From: Octopus bimaculoides
Taxonomy: Eukaryota
Direction: 5' to 3'
Length of the DNA stretch: 64,000 bases
NCBI RefSeq assembly: GCF_001194135.2
Contig: NC_068982.1
Span: 37,083,127-37,147,126, forward strand
Below are positions 53,487 through 64,000 of this stretch, one piece after another. The notes beneath the pieces are model-generated. The model had not been told where the DNA came from. It searched no databases and worked only from the letters and a program-made list of their open reading frames with translations. Each line of letters starts with the position of its first letter. Positions within the stretch are counted from its first letter, which is position 1. A program made the position numbers and the translations under genes.

Positions 53487-54849
53487 AATAATAATAATAA
53501 TAATAATAAAGAAATGCTCAATACCTATTAAAATATACATAGAGAGCAGTGCAGTACAATTTGAATTGACGAGGATCTGAATCCTGTAGAACTGAAGTTC
53601 TGTTACTGTTAGATCCAATATAGCTTATCTCTCAACTCTTTTGAAGCATTTAACATGAATTTCTGGATTAGCTGTGATGCTTAGTATCTAGTTTTGCTTC
53701 TCATAAAGTAGAATAACTTTTTATTTAAAAAAATTTTTTTGCATTCTGTCTTAAGTCAAATATTTTCTGGATTATTCTATATCTGTCTGTATCACACTGA
53801 TTAATTCACTAAAGACATCTCATTTGTCAGAAATGTTATTATGGTGATATAGATTATAAAGTACATATAGAAATACTTATTTCTGGAACTTTTAGCCTCT
53901 CCTCAAATTGCCATTCTGTTTCTATCAGTACAAATTACCTATTTTTATGTATCTCATTCAGCCATTGTTCTGTCTTCTAAACTTGGTTCGAACACATATT
54001 TCATGAAACAAATTCAATTTGTTACTATTTTAATCCAGGCCAAAATCATATCGAGGTGGATAATTTTACTTTTCAGTTTCTTCCTCCTAAATCACTTCGA
54101 CAAGAATTATGCTGACTTTTCATACTCCTTATGCTTTCTTTGTAAAGGAAAAGCAATTAATAAACATTCTTGGTTTTCTCTATGTATTTTATGTCAATAA
54201 GACTAGAGTTGAAAATACTTTATGTAATTGAATGAAGAGAAAGTAAACCTAGTAAACAATCCCATAAAATCTCTATCTTGTCAAATATATTGCCTATCTA
54301 ATTTAGAATATATAGGTTATACATCACTTCAACCATTTTCCAATTGTCATATCTTCATCAGAAGGAAAAACATCAGTTTATTTATCAAAAGTTTTGTGAA
54401 GAATTGTTTTTAAATTTTAGATCAAGTAAGGGGGGGAAAAATAGACCAGTTAGATAATATTGAATTTTTGATTTGGACAAAAATATACAAATTAAGGCAA
54501 GTGACTTGACAGCTGTTAAAGCTTCAGGTAAAATGCCTTATATTATTTGCTCTTGCTTTCTGCAACATCCTATGGAGGTCAACTTCGCCTTTCATCCTTT
54601 GCATTCTGAGTTCAAATTCTGTCTTCTATCACTGACTTCTGCATGATGACCAACTGATGTTTTGGGACTGAACTAAAAATGATAGGTGTACAATAATGAT
54701 CAGAATGACATATTGATTAGAACAGTATCATTATCACATTAATTAGACAACAGACCCTGCAGAGCTGAAACATATTATACAAAAGATTTTATAACATTTA
54801 CAAACATATATAAACTCTTTCAACTTCGAAAATACCATGTTTTGAGATG

Positions 54850-54952
54850 CATATCATCATCATCATCATCGTTTAATGTCTGCTTTCCATGCTAGCATGG
54901 GTTGGACGATTTGACTGAGGACTGGTGAAACCAGATGGCTACACCAGGCTCA
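54850..54952 (-). mobile_element. 5'-truncated SINE/RTE-tail copy
   Basis: (CAT)n then gtttaatgtctgctttccatgctagcatgggttggacg; ends abruptly at ccaggctc. Confidence 0.75.
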
Positions 54953-56837
54953 AAAATCATTTTTATACAGTCCTATGATTATAATTCTTGATCAAAATCT
55001 TTTTAGCTTAGTTTTATTTTGTCAGTCATTTATCTATATACTACAGTATGTAAGATGGAGATGTTATAGATTTATGAGATTATAATGGTTATAAGTTCTA
55101 ATCCATAGACAATGGACTACTAAAATTAGAAGGTATAACAGTTTCTTAATCTGGTCATTTGTTGTATTACTTCAGGCTTGTTCTTTATTTAATGTCTCTA
55201 ATTTTTCAAATCATTTTAAAGCAATTGTCACAAGATAATAATTATTAAATCTAATTCTTATAAAACAAAAGGGAAAAACTTACCAAAGAAATTCTGCTTA
55301 GATATTTTATTTATTGTGGAATCGGGTTTTATATATAACATTTTCTTAATTTAAATTAATGTTTTTGAAACTAGGTTAAAATTTATTGTGGTTTATTCTA
55401 TTCCTTGCGGACACCTGCTAAATAGTATTGAATTTTTTTTACTTATATTAATTAGGATAGGCACTAAACTTTACAGAGTTATTTTTACCAACCTAAATTT
55501 TTATTTTATTTCACATAAATCATTAATATTGATTCTTAACATTATCACAAGTTCAGGAATTTAAGGGAAGTCACAGTCGATTAAATCAACCATCACTACA
55601 AAACAGATATTTATTTTAATCAATCTTTTAGAAAAATAAAAGATGCCCACCCACCCCCAATGAGATGTGAAGTCACAATGTAATGGGAAACTTTGTATTT
55701 CAAAATATTTTATCCAGTACTTTACAGCCATCCACCTGCTTTACATTAGCCTTTCGACCATCCCACTATCCTTACACTAAACAGTGACATTACTGTATTT
55801 GATGGCATGAAAGATGTACAGGCATTTTAGATACACCCTAATTTCAGCAGCTCATATTCAGGATAAAAGTTTTCAATGCATTAGAGCTTATGCAGTTTTG
55901 CATATAGGATTTAGGGCGATGTTTTTAAACTTGTTTTTTTTTTTTCTATGTTCATCTTACATGCTATCAAATACAATAATTTACTTTCATGTTTTCTCCA
56001 ATGCAATATATTCCTAACATTGTTTTCATAAATTAAACCTACAAAAGAGTTCAATTTGGAAAATCTCATAGTGTAGAAAGACCTGGTACAAAGAAGAACT
56101 AAACCTTTTGATTCAGTTACCTGTAATTTTGTCTTCATCACTGAAGATAGATACATTTATTACTCACGTAGAATCATGAATGTTGCATAAGGTAATTTGG
56201 AGAGAATTTTTCAAAGGTGTCTCTAACTAGCTTCACCTTAGCAGAAATTCGTATATAAGCCATTGCCTAGGAAAAGAAATATTTAATTTTTGTGTGTGTG
56301 TGTGTGTGTACGCATAAAATATACATGTACATGTATTTATATATTCTTCCCCTCTCTCCACTAAATATTTATTAAATATACATGTATATAAATATGTTAA
56401 TATAATCTTTCACTGAAGATTAGCAATAATTACTTGAAGAGTTTACTTTGCATGATTTAGAAACACTGATTAATTTAATATAATTTGATCCATTCAAGTT
56501 ATATAGTTTGCAATAGATGTAAAATTCCACCACATTTCACTTTCATTATGAAAAAACAAAGTTGCCTCGTTGATGTGAAATGTTAAAATGTGTGCATCAT
56601 CTAACAGATGTACATCGTCTAACAGAGTAAACTGAATGCCTTCAGTTTACTTGAAATGGAATCTGCCAAAGGCATGTTTCAATTATTAGGAAAGGCATTA
56701 AATGGATTTCTCCAGACATTTTAATTTGTTGCCAGAATTTCATACTTTTGAATTTTGTTTCTGTGTTTTTTGGTGATAATGGGTTTAGTCATGTTTTAAA
56801 GTTGCTTATGTATTATTTATGACAAGGATGACACAGC

Positions 56838-56870
56838 ATGTCTGGTACATTGAGAAGCAAGTCAGTAGTA
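56838..56870 (+). CDS. Weak candidate micro first exon (MSGTLRSKSVV), phase 0
   Basis: agcATG start, 33 nt, donor GTA|GTAAGA at 56871; frame-compatible with the exon at 62323. A match this short can arise by chance. Confidence 0.2.
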
Positions 56871-57121
56871 GTAAGACATTAGAAATATTGACCAAATTAA
56901 GAAGTGTTCTTCAGTATTTGAATAGATAACTGACAAAGCCTATCTTTTCATGTCTAAATGAAGTTAAATGTTCAAAGTGAGAAGCAGTTTTAAACTCTAG
57001 GTTTCTCAAACTAGAGAATGTAAACGATGGAAATGTACAGGCATATTTAACAAATTTCTTTTAATGAAGCTAGAATCAAAATGCTATAAGCTAGTGTTTC
57101 ATAAAGAGGCTTCTAATAAGT

Positions 57122-57126
<5 letters not shown>

Positions 57127-57182
<56 letters not shown>

Positions 57183-57202
57183 GTATATATATGTATGTAT
57201 AT
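57127..57202. repeat. (TA)n microsatellite
   Basis: Seen directly. Confidence 0.95.
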
Positions 57203-59759
57203 AGTAACAAATACAATACAGAATACTAAACTTCATATCTTACTGAGAAAGGGGTCGGTGCAATTACAAATGCTATCAAATTTACATAACCAATTTGATG
57301 TCTAAACAGGAGATACCTACACTGCTAAATTGTACATAATCCTCAAGGCTCACATTAATGTGAATAATTTATTTGGCATGTGTGTGTGTGTGTGTGCATG
57401 TGCCTAGCTGAAATAAGATCACATTTGTATTTTTCTAGTTTAATTATTTGAAGAGTGTTTATGTATTTATTTATTTATTTTATTTATTTCTTTTAGTCTT
57501 CATTTGTCAAACTTCTTATGCTTCATAATTTTGGAAATAAAACTGCCAGAATATGCTTCTTAGGAATAATTTGATATCTTTTTATACTTAATCTTTTTGA
57601 TTATTTGAAACCTTGTAATATTATTAACTTAAGAATCTTGAGTATCCAAAGAAATGACAAAATATTAAAATAAACAGGGTGAGAGTTTAATTACTATATT
57701 AATTCTACTCTATACTTCTACCAAATTATCTTCTCACTTGTTGACAGATTCAATTACCATTCAGTCACCTTCTGAACCAAACCATCCTTGGTCCTCCATT
57801 CCCAGTCAGATGTAACTGCACTCGTTACTCATTTTTCTGCTTCATTGATATCTATTTCTCATCCATAATTAGTTTAAACTACACATGAGTAATTTTGTTT
57901 AATATTTTATTTGTAGATTTTACCGCATGAGGAAATTTCAAAAAGTACAAAATAAGTTTCTTCGATTTGCAGCTACTAAGAAATTTTAATTTTCTGAAAT
58001 GTATCAATTCTAGCAAAATGGAAATCTGTCTATTGATTCTAAGCAAAAACCTTTGGATTGATTTTTGATATTTTTCTTTGGAAATTCCTTTTCTCATTGC
58101 TTTAATAAACCACTCATTGATATTAAATTCTTGTGAGATTACTTTCTTCTTTTTCTAAGTTTAATATAATTGTATTTCTGCAAACTGTTAATATTGCTAT
58201 ACACATAACAGACATTGGTAACTAAGCAATTTTATACTGAATTTTGATAACAAAAAGCTAGAGAAATATATTTATGTTCCCTTTAAGTTTCAGATAATGC
58301 AATAGATATTTCATTTACTAATATTATATGAATAAAAGTTTATCTTTCTGTTGATGTTGTTCTAATATGCACAAACTGCTCAAAGCATCTTAAACTTATT
58401 TCATTTGATATATTTCTATTGTGTGTGTATGAGTGCTTGTTTGTGTGTGAGTGCTTGTGTTTCAGTTAGTAATTTGAAATGAACTTGGAGCCTTTACTCG
58501 AAATGAAACTATATGCAAATTTGTAGTTTTTATTTTGAGATAATGAAAAACTATGATTATTGAAGGAAAATATTATCATATCAATTATATTTTACACCTC
58601 TGCGCCAAAAATACCTTGTAGCCTAATATATTCTGAGATATGGAAGTATGGTTCACTTTTATTATATAATTCTTTTTAATAACTATTAATATTGCTGGAG
58701 TGAAGCAACCATGCAATTTTTGAAATCACATTCCATGCATTCACACATTGGACTGTACTTCTTCAATGTCCTTGACTGCATGTGTTCTTTTTCCAGTGTC
58801 TATTGGTAACAGCTGTCAAGTCTTCCAGAAAGTTTTAATGCCATATGGCCATTAGTTTTCTCCATTTTATTCTTTTTGTGGTGGTGCCTATACTCCATTT
58901 ATCTAGCTGCAGTTGGATGCGACCAATTAGGCATGATCTTTAACATGTCATGAAGTCTTCACAACAATGCTCTTCTCAAGACATCTTCACTGTGAAAAGA
59001 TTGAGGTTCAGAATTCTTAAGGTTTTCCTCAAGAACATTTGGTGAAAAATAACCAACTATTTTTCCTGATTTCTACAATTTTCTTCCATTTTATGCTTGC
59101 ATGTAGTACTATTCATAGTACAGTAATATTGCAGAAGGAAATTTTGAATGTTGGTATCCATATAGCATAAATATATAATTTTTATTGCCAAAAACTATAT
59201 AGTAATCCAATTAAATTTATTGATTTGATTAGAGTATATCTATATTTTAATAAATAAATAGCAGAATTATATAATTGTGATTACATTTTTACCTATGGTA
59301 ATGAACATGTTAAAAAAAAAAGATCATATTCAATAAATCACAATTAGCTGTTCTGGTTTTATTCATAATTACTTCCTTTGAATAAGAATGACTTCTATTT
59401 ATTTACTAAAATTGCCTGTTCCTTTCACTTATATAATGACACTTTACTTTAACTATATAAGCCGTGTAATAGTTAGTTTGTAAAATAGCCTCGTATGGGA
59501 ACACAATTTAATTTTGTATTTTATAATTCATTAAGAATTCAATATGATAAAAAATGAATATTCTTAAAGATCAATTTTTAAAAATTCCCAGGCATTCTTC
59601 TAGATATATAATTTTTATTTTTTTCATCTGAATAAGAGTGCTTCTGCTTAATTTGTTTCTTCCTGAGCCCACTCATCACTAATTTGGGTTCACCTGTCAT
59701 TTAGAATTACCATCATTTAGCATCTTTTTTCCATGCTAGCATGTAACACAGACACTTGA

Positions 59760-60303
59760 CCCTTCAGCATTTAAACCAGTTATATCCAGCCCAAAGATTC
59801 TATCTGTTTTATGTTCAAACTGACCAGATCTAGCCTCTCACACCTACTCTACAATGTTATTCTAAAAATAAACAGTCACATCGTTGAAATTTCAAAGCTA
59901 TAAGCTCATACTTGATTAATTCAAGATACCTGTGCCCGTGACATGTGTAAGGATTTTCGAACGAGATCGTTGCCAGTGCCCCTGGACTGGCTCTTGTGCG
60001 GGTGGCACATAAAATAAACCATTTTGAGAGTGGCCGTTGCCAGTACCGCCTGACTGGCCTTCGTGCGGGTGACACGTAAAAGCACCCACTACACTCTCTG
60101 AGTGGTTGGCATTAGGAAGGGCATCCAGCTGTAGAAACTCTGCCAAATCAGATTGGAGCCTGGTGTAGCCATCTGGTTCACCAGTCCTCAGTCAAATCGT
60201 CCAACCCATGCTAGCATGGAAAGTGGACGTTAAATGATGATGATGATGATGAATGTGAATAAATAAGCACTGCATTTGACAGAGAAATCTGAATGCTAAA
60301 GGG
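59760..60303. mobile_element. piggyBac-like MITE interrupted by a SINE
   Basis: Ends CCCTTCAGCATT and AATGCTAAAGGG are inverted repeats with 1 mismatch; flanks TTGA/TTGG resemble decayed TTAA; SINE inserted at ~59927-60251. Confidence 0.6.
59927..60251 (+). mobile_element. Young SINE/RTE-tail retroposon with internal ~60-bp repeat units (octopus OK-like family)
   Basis: Ends ...ccaacccatgctagcatggaaagtggacgttaaa(tga)n; CpG-rich and near-identical to the copies at 38170, 62777 and 63674. Confidence 0.8.
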
Positions 60304-60989
60304 TTGGCATTGGCAGTGGATTTTATATATAAAGATTTAATAGTATGTATTTTTGCACAGAAGTAAGAGGGTAAATGGTAAAATACATCCATCCAAGAAG
60401 GTAAATAACAGAGAGTCACTGAAGTAAAAGCTTTCTATTTGACTATAAAACATTCTTAGTTGTGTAGTCCCAGCCTGGGTTATGTAGATCTATGATAAAA
60501 ACCTTTGACTATGACCATCCCATCTGTTTTGTATGTCAGGAATGGCGATCTCTTATGCATCATTTTTTTTTTTAATTTTAAGGTGGTGGGGTACAATCTG
60601 ATTGAGCTTTGGCTGCTATTTCTAGCAGATTGATCCACTACATTGTCTTCTTTAGTTGTTATAGTTTCTAGGTTGCACAGGAGGCATAGTAGTCATGATC
60701 ATTATATCTTCCTGTACGTCATGGAGTCTAATAATATTATCATTGTCTAATATATTAAGGGCACCATTGTACAAAGTTTTTTGTTTCATTTTGATGGACC
60801 ATGTAGAAGCTCTTTGTGTATGTGCATCAACATATATGTGTGTGTACATTATATGTATACACATACATCAGGCTTCTTCAGAGTTTCCATCTTTCAAAAT
60901 TTACTCTTAAGTTATTAGTCAACCTGAGACTATAGTAAAAGACACAAAGAGACCTAATCCAAAATCACATGAACTTCTGCACATCTAGG

Positions 60990-61325
60990 CCCTTATGTGT
61001 GTGTGTGTATCTTTTATCTTTTACTTGTTTCAGGTCATTAGCCTGTGGCCCTTGCGAAAATTGTTCTATCAGTTTCTTTTGCTGAACTGCTAAGTTACAA
61101 GTACATAAGCACATCAGCACTGGTTATCAAGCAGTAGTGCACACACACACACACACACACACCCATATATATATACAGGCTTCTGGCAGTTTCCATCTAC
61201 TAAATCCACTCACAATGCTTTGGTTGACCCAAAACTATAGTAGAAGACACTTGCCCAAAGTGCCACACAGTAGGACTGAACCTGGAATCACCGAGTGGGG
61301 AAGCAAACTTTTTACCACACAGCGT
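60990..61325 (-). mobile_element. Degenerate composite SINE
   Basis: Same layout and orientation as 26632-27008. Confidence 0.7.
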
Positions 61326-62322
61326 GTGTGTGCATTTCCAACCACTTTTACACATGTAATTCATAGAAAGGAGAAATATCTGTTAAACCCCAACAACTAA
61401 ATCAAATATTAATATTTCTAGCAAAAATAATTATGAAATTAAGCTGCTATTAAGGAACTCTGAATAAAGTTATTTTAGTTTTATTTATAGAAATACATAT
61501 ACATTTATATAAATATAGACTACATCTGAAACACTTGTAAAAACATTTAAGATTTTTTGATTTGAAACCATACACATATACACTTAGTGCCTCAAGAAAA
61601 TTCAAAACCCAAATATATTAATTTGAAACTTTAGCATCCAGTATATGCCAGAATATATTTTTAGCATATCATCATCATAATTTTTATATCTGATTTCTCC
61701 ATGCTGGTGAGAGTTGGACAAGACTTCTTAAGACCCTAGTCAATGGTCAGATGCTTTTTCTAATGTCAGCCCTTACTTGTTTTCAAATAAGAAACTTTAT
61801 TTTACTAGACTTCACATGTTTAAACCACCAAGTTCTGAAATATCGTTTATACAGAACATAAATGAATGTCAGAGCTGTCTAAGCAGTGCTAGTGTAAAGA
61901 TATGGAGACAAGTCTTTCATGCTCTCTCTCTCTCCCTCTTTCTTTCTCTTCCCACCCCCATGTTTACAATGGGTTTCTATAAAGTTTCCTTCCAACAAAT
62001 TTCACCCACAAAGTATGGATCAACTTGAGGCCATAGTAGGATATACTTGCCTAAGGAGGTATCACATAATGGAATTGAACCCCAAAACACATAGTTACTA
62101 AGTGAACTTTTTAATCACTCAGTTATGCTTGCTCCTATAATAATGACTACATCTTTGATTAAAAATTATTTGTCATGTCTTTCTGTTATTGTATGTTCAA
62201 GTACCTTCTTTTGAATTCTTTGAAAAAATTCCTCTTATTAACATTGTAATTAAGGCTTTAATCTTTTGATTATTGACTACATACCTCTCTTAAACTTACA
62301 AGTGTATTTTTTATTATTTTAG

Positions 62323-62736
62323 GCAGTTGAAGAGGAACTAAAAAGAAGACAGAGGGATGTGGATAGCTTAAACAGAAGTGGAGAAGAACTAAAAGGTAAA
62401 GAAGCTTTAGAAATCGTGGAACCTGAACTCCTAAAACTCAACAGACGATGGCAGGATCTTCGCTCCCAGAGCTTACAATGCAGACATGCTCTGGACTCAG
62501 GCACTACAGCTACAGTTGCTGCTGTTGCTTCGGAGAAAGCTATTACAAAAACTACACTAACTGCTGTCTCAAGCCACCTTTCCAAAAGCATTCTTAACTC
62601 AAAAACTTCTTCTCAGTATACAAATGAATTGAAGGAGATTCTTCGGAGTATTTCAGCTGTTCAACAACAGTTAAGTTCACAGGAGCTGACAGGAAGAGAC
62701 TTTGAAGATTTTTCGAAGCAAGAAGACAAGTTAAAG
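62323..62736 (+). CDS. DMD: Dystrophin internal coding exon (end of spectrin repeat ~15, linker, start of repeat ~16; equivalent to human DMD exons 41+42)
   Basis: Acceptor tttttattattttAG at 62321-62322 and donor AAG|GTAAAT at 62737; 414 nt, open, phase 0-0. Translation: AVEEELKRRQRDVDSLNRSGEELKGKEALEIVEPELLKLNRRWQDLRSQ...LRSISAVQQQLSSQELTGRDFEDFSKQEDKLK. This resembles human dystrophin as recalled (EIDRELQKKKEELNAVRRQAEGL...VEPTQIQLSKRWREIES and LNAPDLCAKDFEDLFKQEESLK). No database search run. Confidence 0.9.
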
Positions 62737-62774
62737 GTAAATACTATTTTTGTAATTATCAATAGTTTAAATGG

Positions 62775-62776
<2 letters not shown>

Positions 62777-62813
<37 letters not shown>

Positions 62814-62990
62814 GTTTAACGTCCGCTTTCCATGCTAGCATGGGTTGGACGATTTGACTGAGGACTGGTGAACCAGATGGCTACACCAGGCTCCAATCTG
62901 ATTTGGTAGAGTTTCTACAGCTGGATGCCCTTCCAAACGCCAACCACTCCGAGAGTGTAGTGGGTGCTTTTATGTTCCACCGGCACGCAG
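62777..62990 (-). mobile_element. Young SINE/RTE-tail copy immediately downstream of the dystrophin exon
   Basis: (ATC)n tail, then gtttaacgtccgctttccatgctagcatgggttgg...; about 6 mismatches in ~165 bp against 60080-60245. Confidence 0.85.
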
Positions 62991-63580
62991 TTGACACAAT
63001 TCCTACACAAATTTAATTAAAGTAATTTACACCTTCCTCAGTTTTCTTTTTCAGTATTTCTCCATTTTAAGGTAAGATAGTATCAGAAATGGTAGTGTGC
63101 CAGACTAAGAATCTTGCAAAGTTACTTCATTTGATACATTGAGTTAAAAACCCTACCAAAGCCAACTTTGCTTTTCGTTTTTGTTGTTAATAAAATAAGT
63201 GACAGAATAGTACTGGTGTTAAAGAAATTAACAGGGCCTGCATCCAAACTATGTGTCCTTATGCAAAAAATAGAAATCATAATTTCAGTATGCTAATTAA
63301 CCCTTTTATGTCTAAGCATAAACCATTCAGAATTAAAGGTTTAACACTCTCGAGTGACAAGGGGCAGAAATTTTAGAGCATCAGATAAAATGCTTTGCAG
63401 CATTCGTTTTGGGTAATTGTGCTCTGGGTTAAAATCTCAGCTCTATCTTTCAGCCTTTTAGGAGTATCAGTCTTGTTTGTAGAATTTTAGAGCATCAGAC
63501 AAGATATTTGGGATATTTGTTCTGGCTCTTTATATTCTAAATTCAAACACTACCATAACCCAACTGAGTGGTTGACTTAA

Positions 63581-63673
63581 GCCTTTAGCATTTAAATCGG
63601 TTATATCCAGCTCATATATTCTACCTGTTTTGTTTTCAAACTTGGCAGATTCAGCCTCTTACACCTACCCTGA
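63581..63673. mobile_element. Second copy of the same MITE (left part), truncated or interrupted by a SINE
   Basis: TTAA at 63577-63580, then gcctttagcatttaaatcggttatatccagc..., homologous to 59760-59850. Confidence 0.6.
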
Positions 63674-64000
63674 ATCATCATCATCGTTTAACGTCCGCTT
63701 TCCATGCTAGCATGTGTTGGACGATTTGACTGAGGACTGGTGAAACCGGATGGCAACACCAGGCTCCAGTCTGATTTGGCAGAGTTTCTACAGCTGGATG
63801 CCCTTCCTAACGCCAACCACTCAGAGAGTGTAGTGGGTGCTTTTACGTGTCACCCGCACGAAAACGGCCACGCTCGAAATGGTGTCTTTTATGTGCCACC
63901 CGCACAAGCCAGTCCAGGGGCACTGGCAACGATCTCGCTCGAAAATCCTACAGGAGCCAGTCAGGCGGTACTGGCAACGGCCACGCTCAAAATGGTGCAT
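63674..64000 (-). mobile_element. Young SINE/RTE-tail copy with internal repeats, runs off the window end
   Basis: Reverse-complement match to 59945-60245, including the gttgccagt..gactggc repeat units. Confidence 0.85.

Noticed and set aside
57748-57811. 64-nt segment with a good acceptor and an AT|GTAACT donor
   Set aside because: Length is not a multiple of 3, the donor is weak and there is no dystrophin similarity.
58700-59100. Possible Helitron or other transposon coding remnant on the minus strand
   Set aside because: Too decayed to assign without a search.
62319-62591. Minus-strand 90-aa ORF
   Set aside because: Antisense shadow of the dystrophin exon.
62737-62838. ORF extension with poly-Ser beyond the exon
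   Set aside because: Read-through past a consensus donor into the (ATC)n tail of a SINE.

Overview
AT-rich eukaryotic (animal) genomic DNA, most likely octopus (inferred from the SINE/MITE families and microsatellite-associated N gaps; recalled, not searched). There are no prokaryotic features, and almost all ORFs in the supplied track are spurious. One confident host exon is present: 62323-62736 (+, 414 nt, phase 0-0), encoding dystrophin spectrin-repeat sequence that matches, from memory, human DMD exons 41+42. The preceding ~62 kb appears to be one large intron. It is filled with decayed RTE and L2/CR1 LINEs, gypsy fragments, a maT-type mariner, a pogo/Tc2-like element, MITEs and many SINEs. 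The main discovery candidate is a transposon-free, GC-elevated segment at 45470-45580. It encodes MADD plus a 31-residue uncharged hydrophobic run and ends at a phase-0 GT donor that joins in frame to the dystrophin exon, so it may be an alternative first exon for a membrane-anchored dystrophin isoform. Other observations: further candidate micro first exons, ~96%-identical inverted SINE copies bracketing the exon, a local inverted-plus-direct templated duplication, a 58-bp perfect palindrome and nested insertions. Identity values are hand counts and repeat boundaries are approximate.
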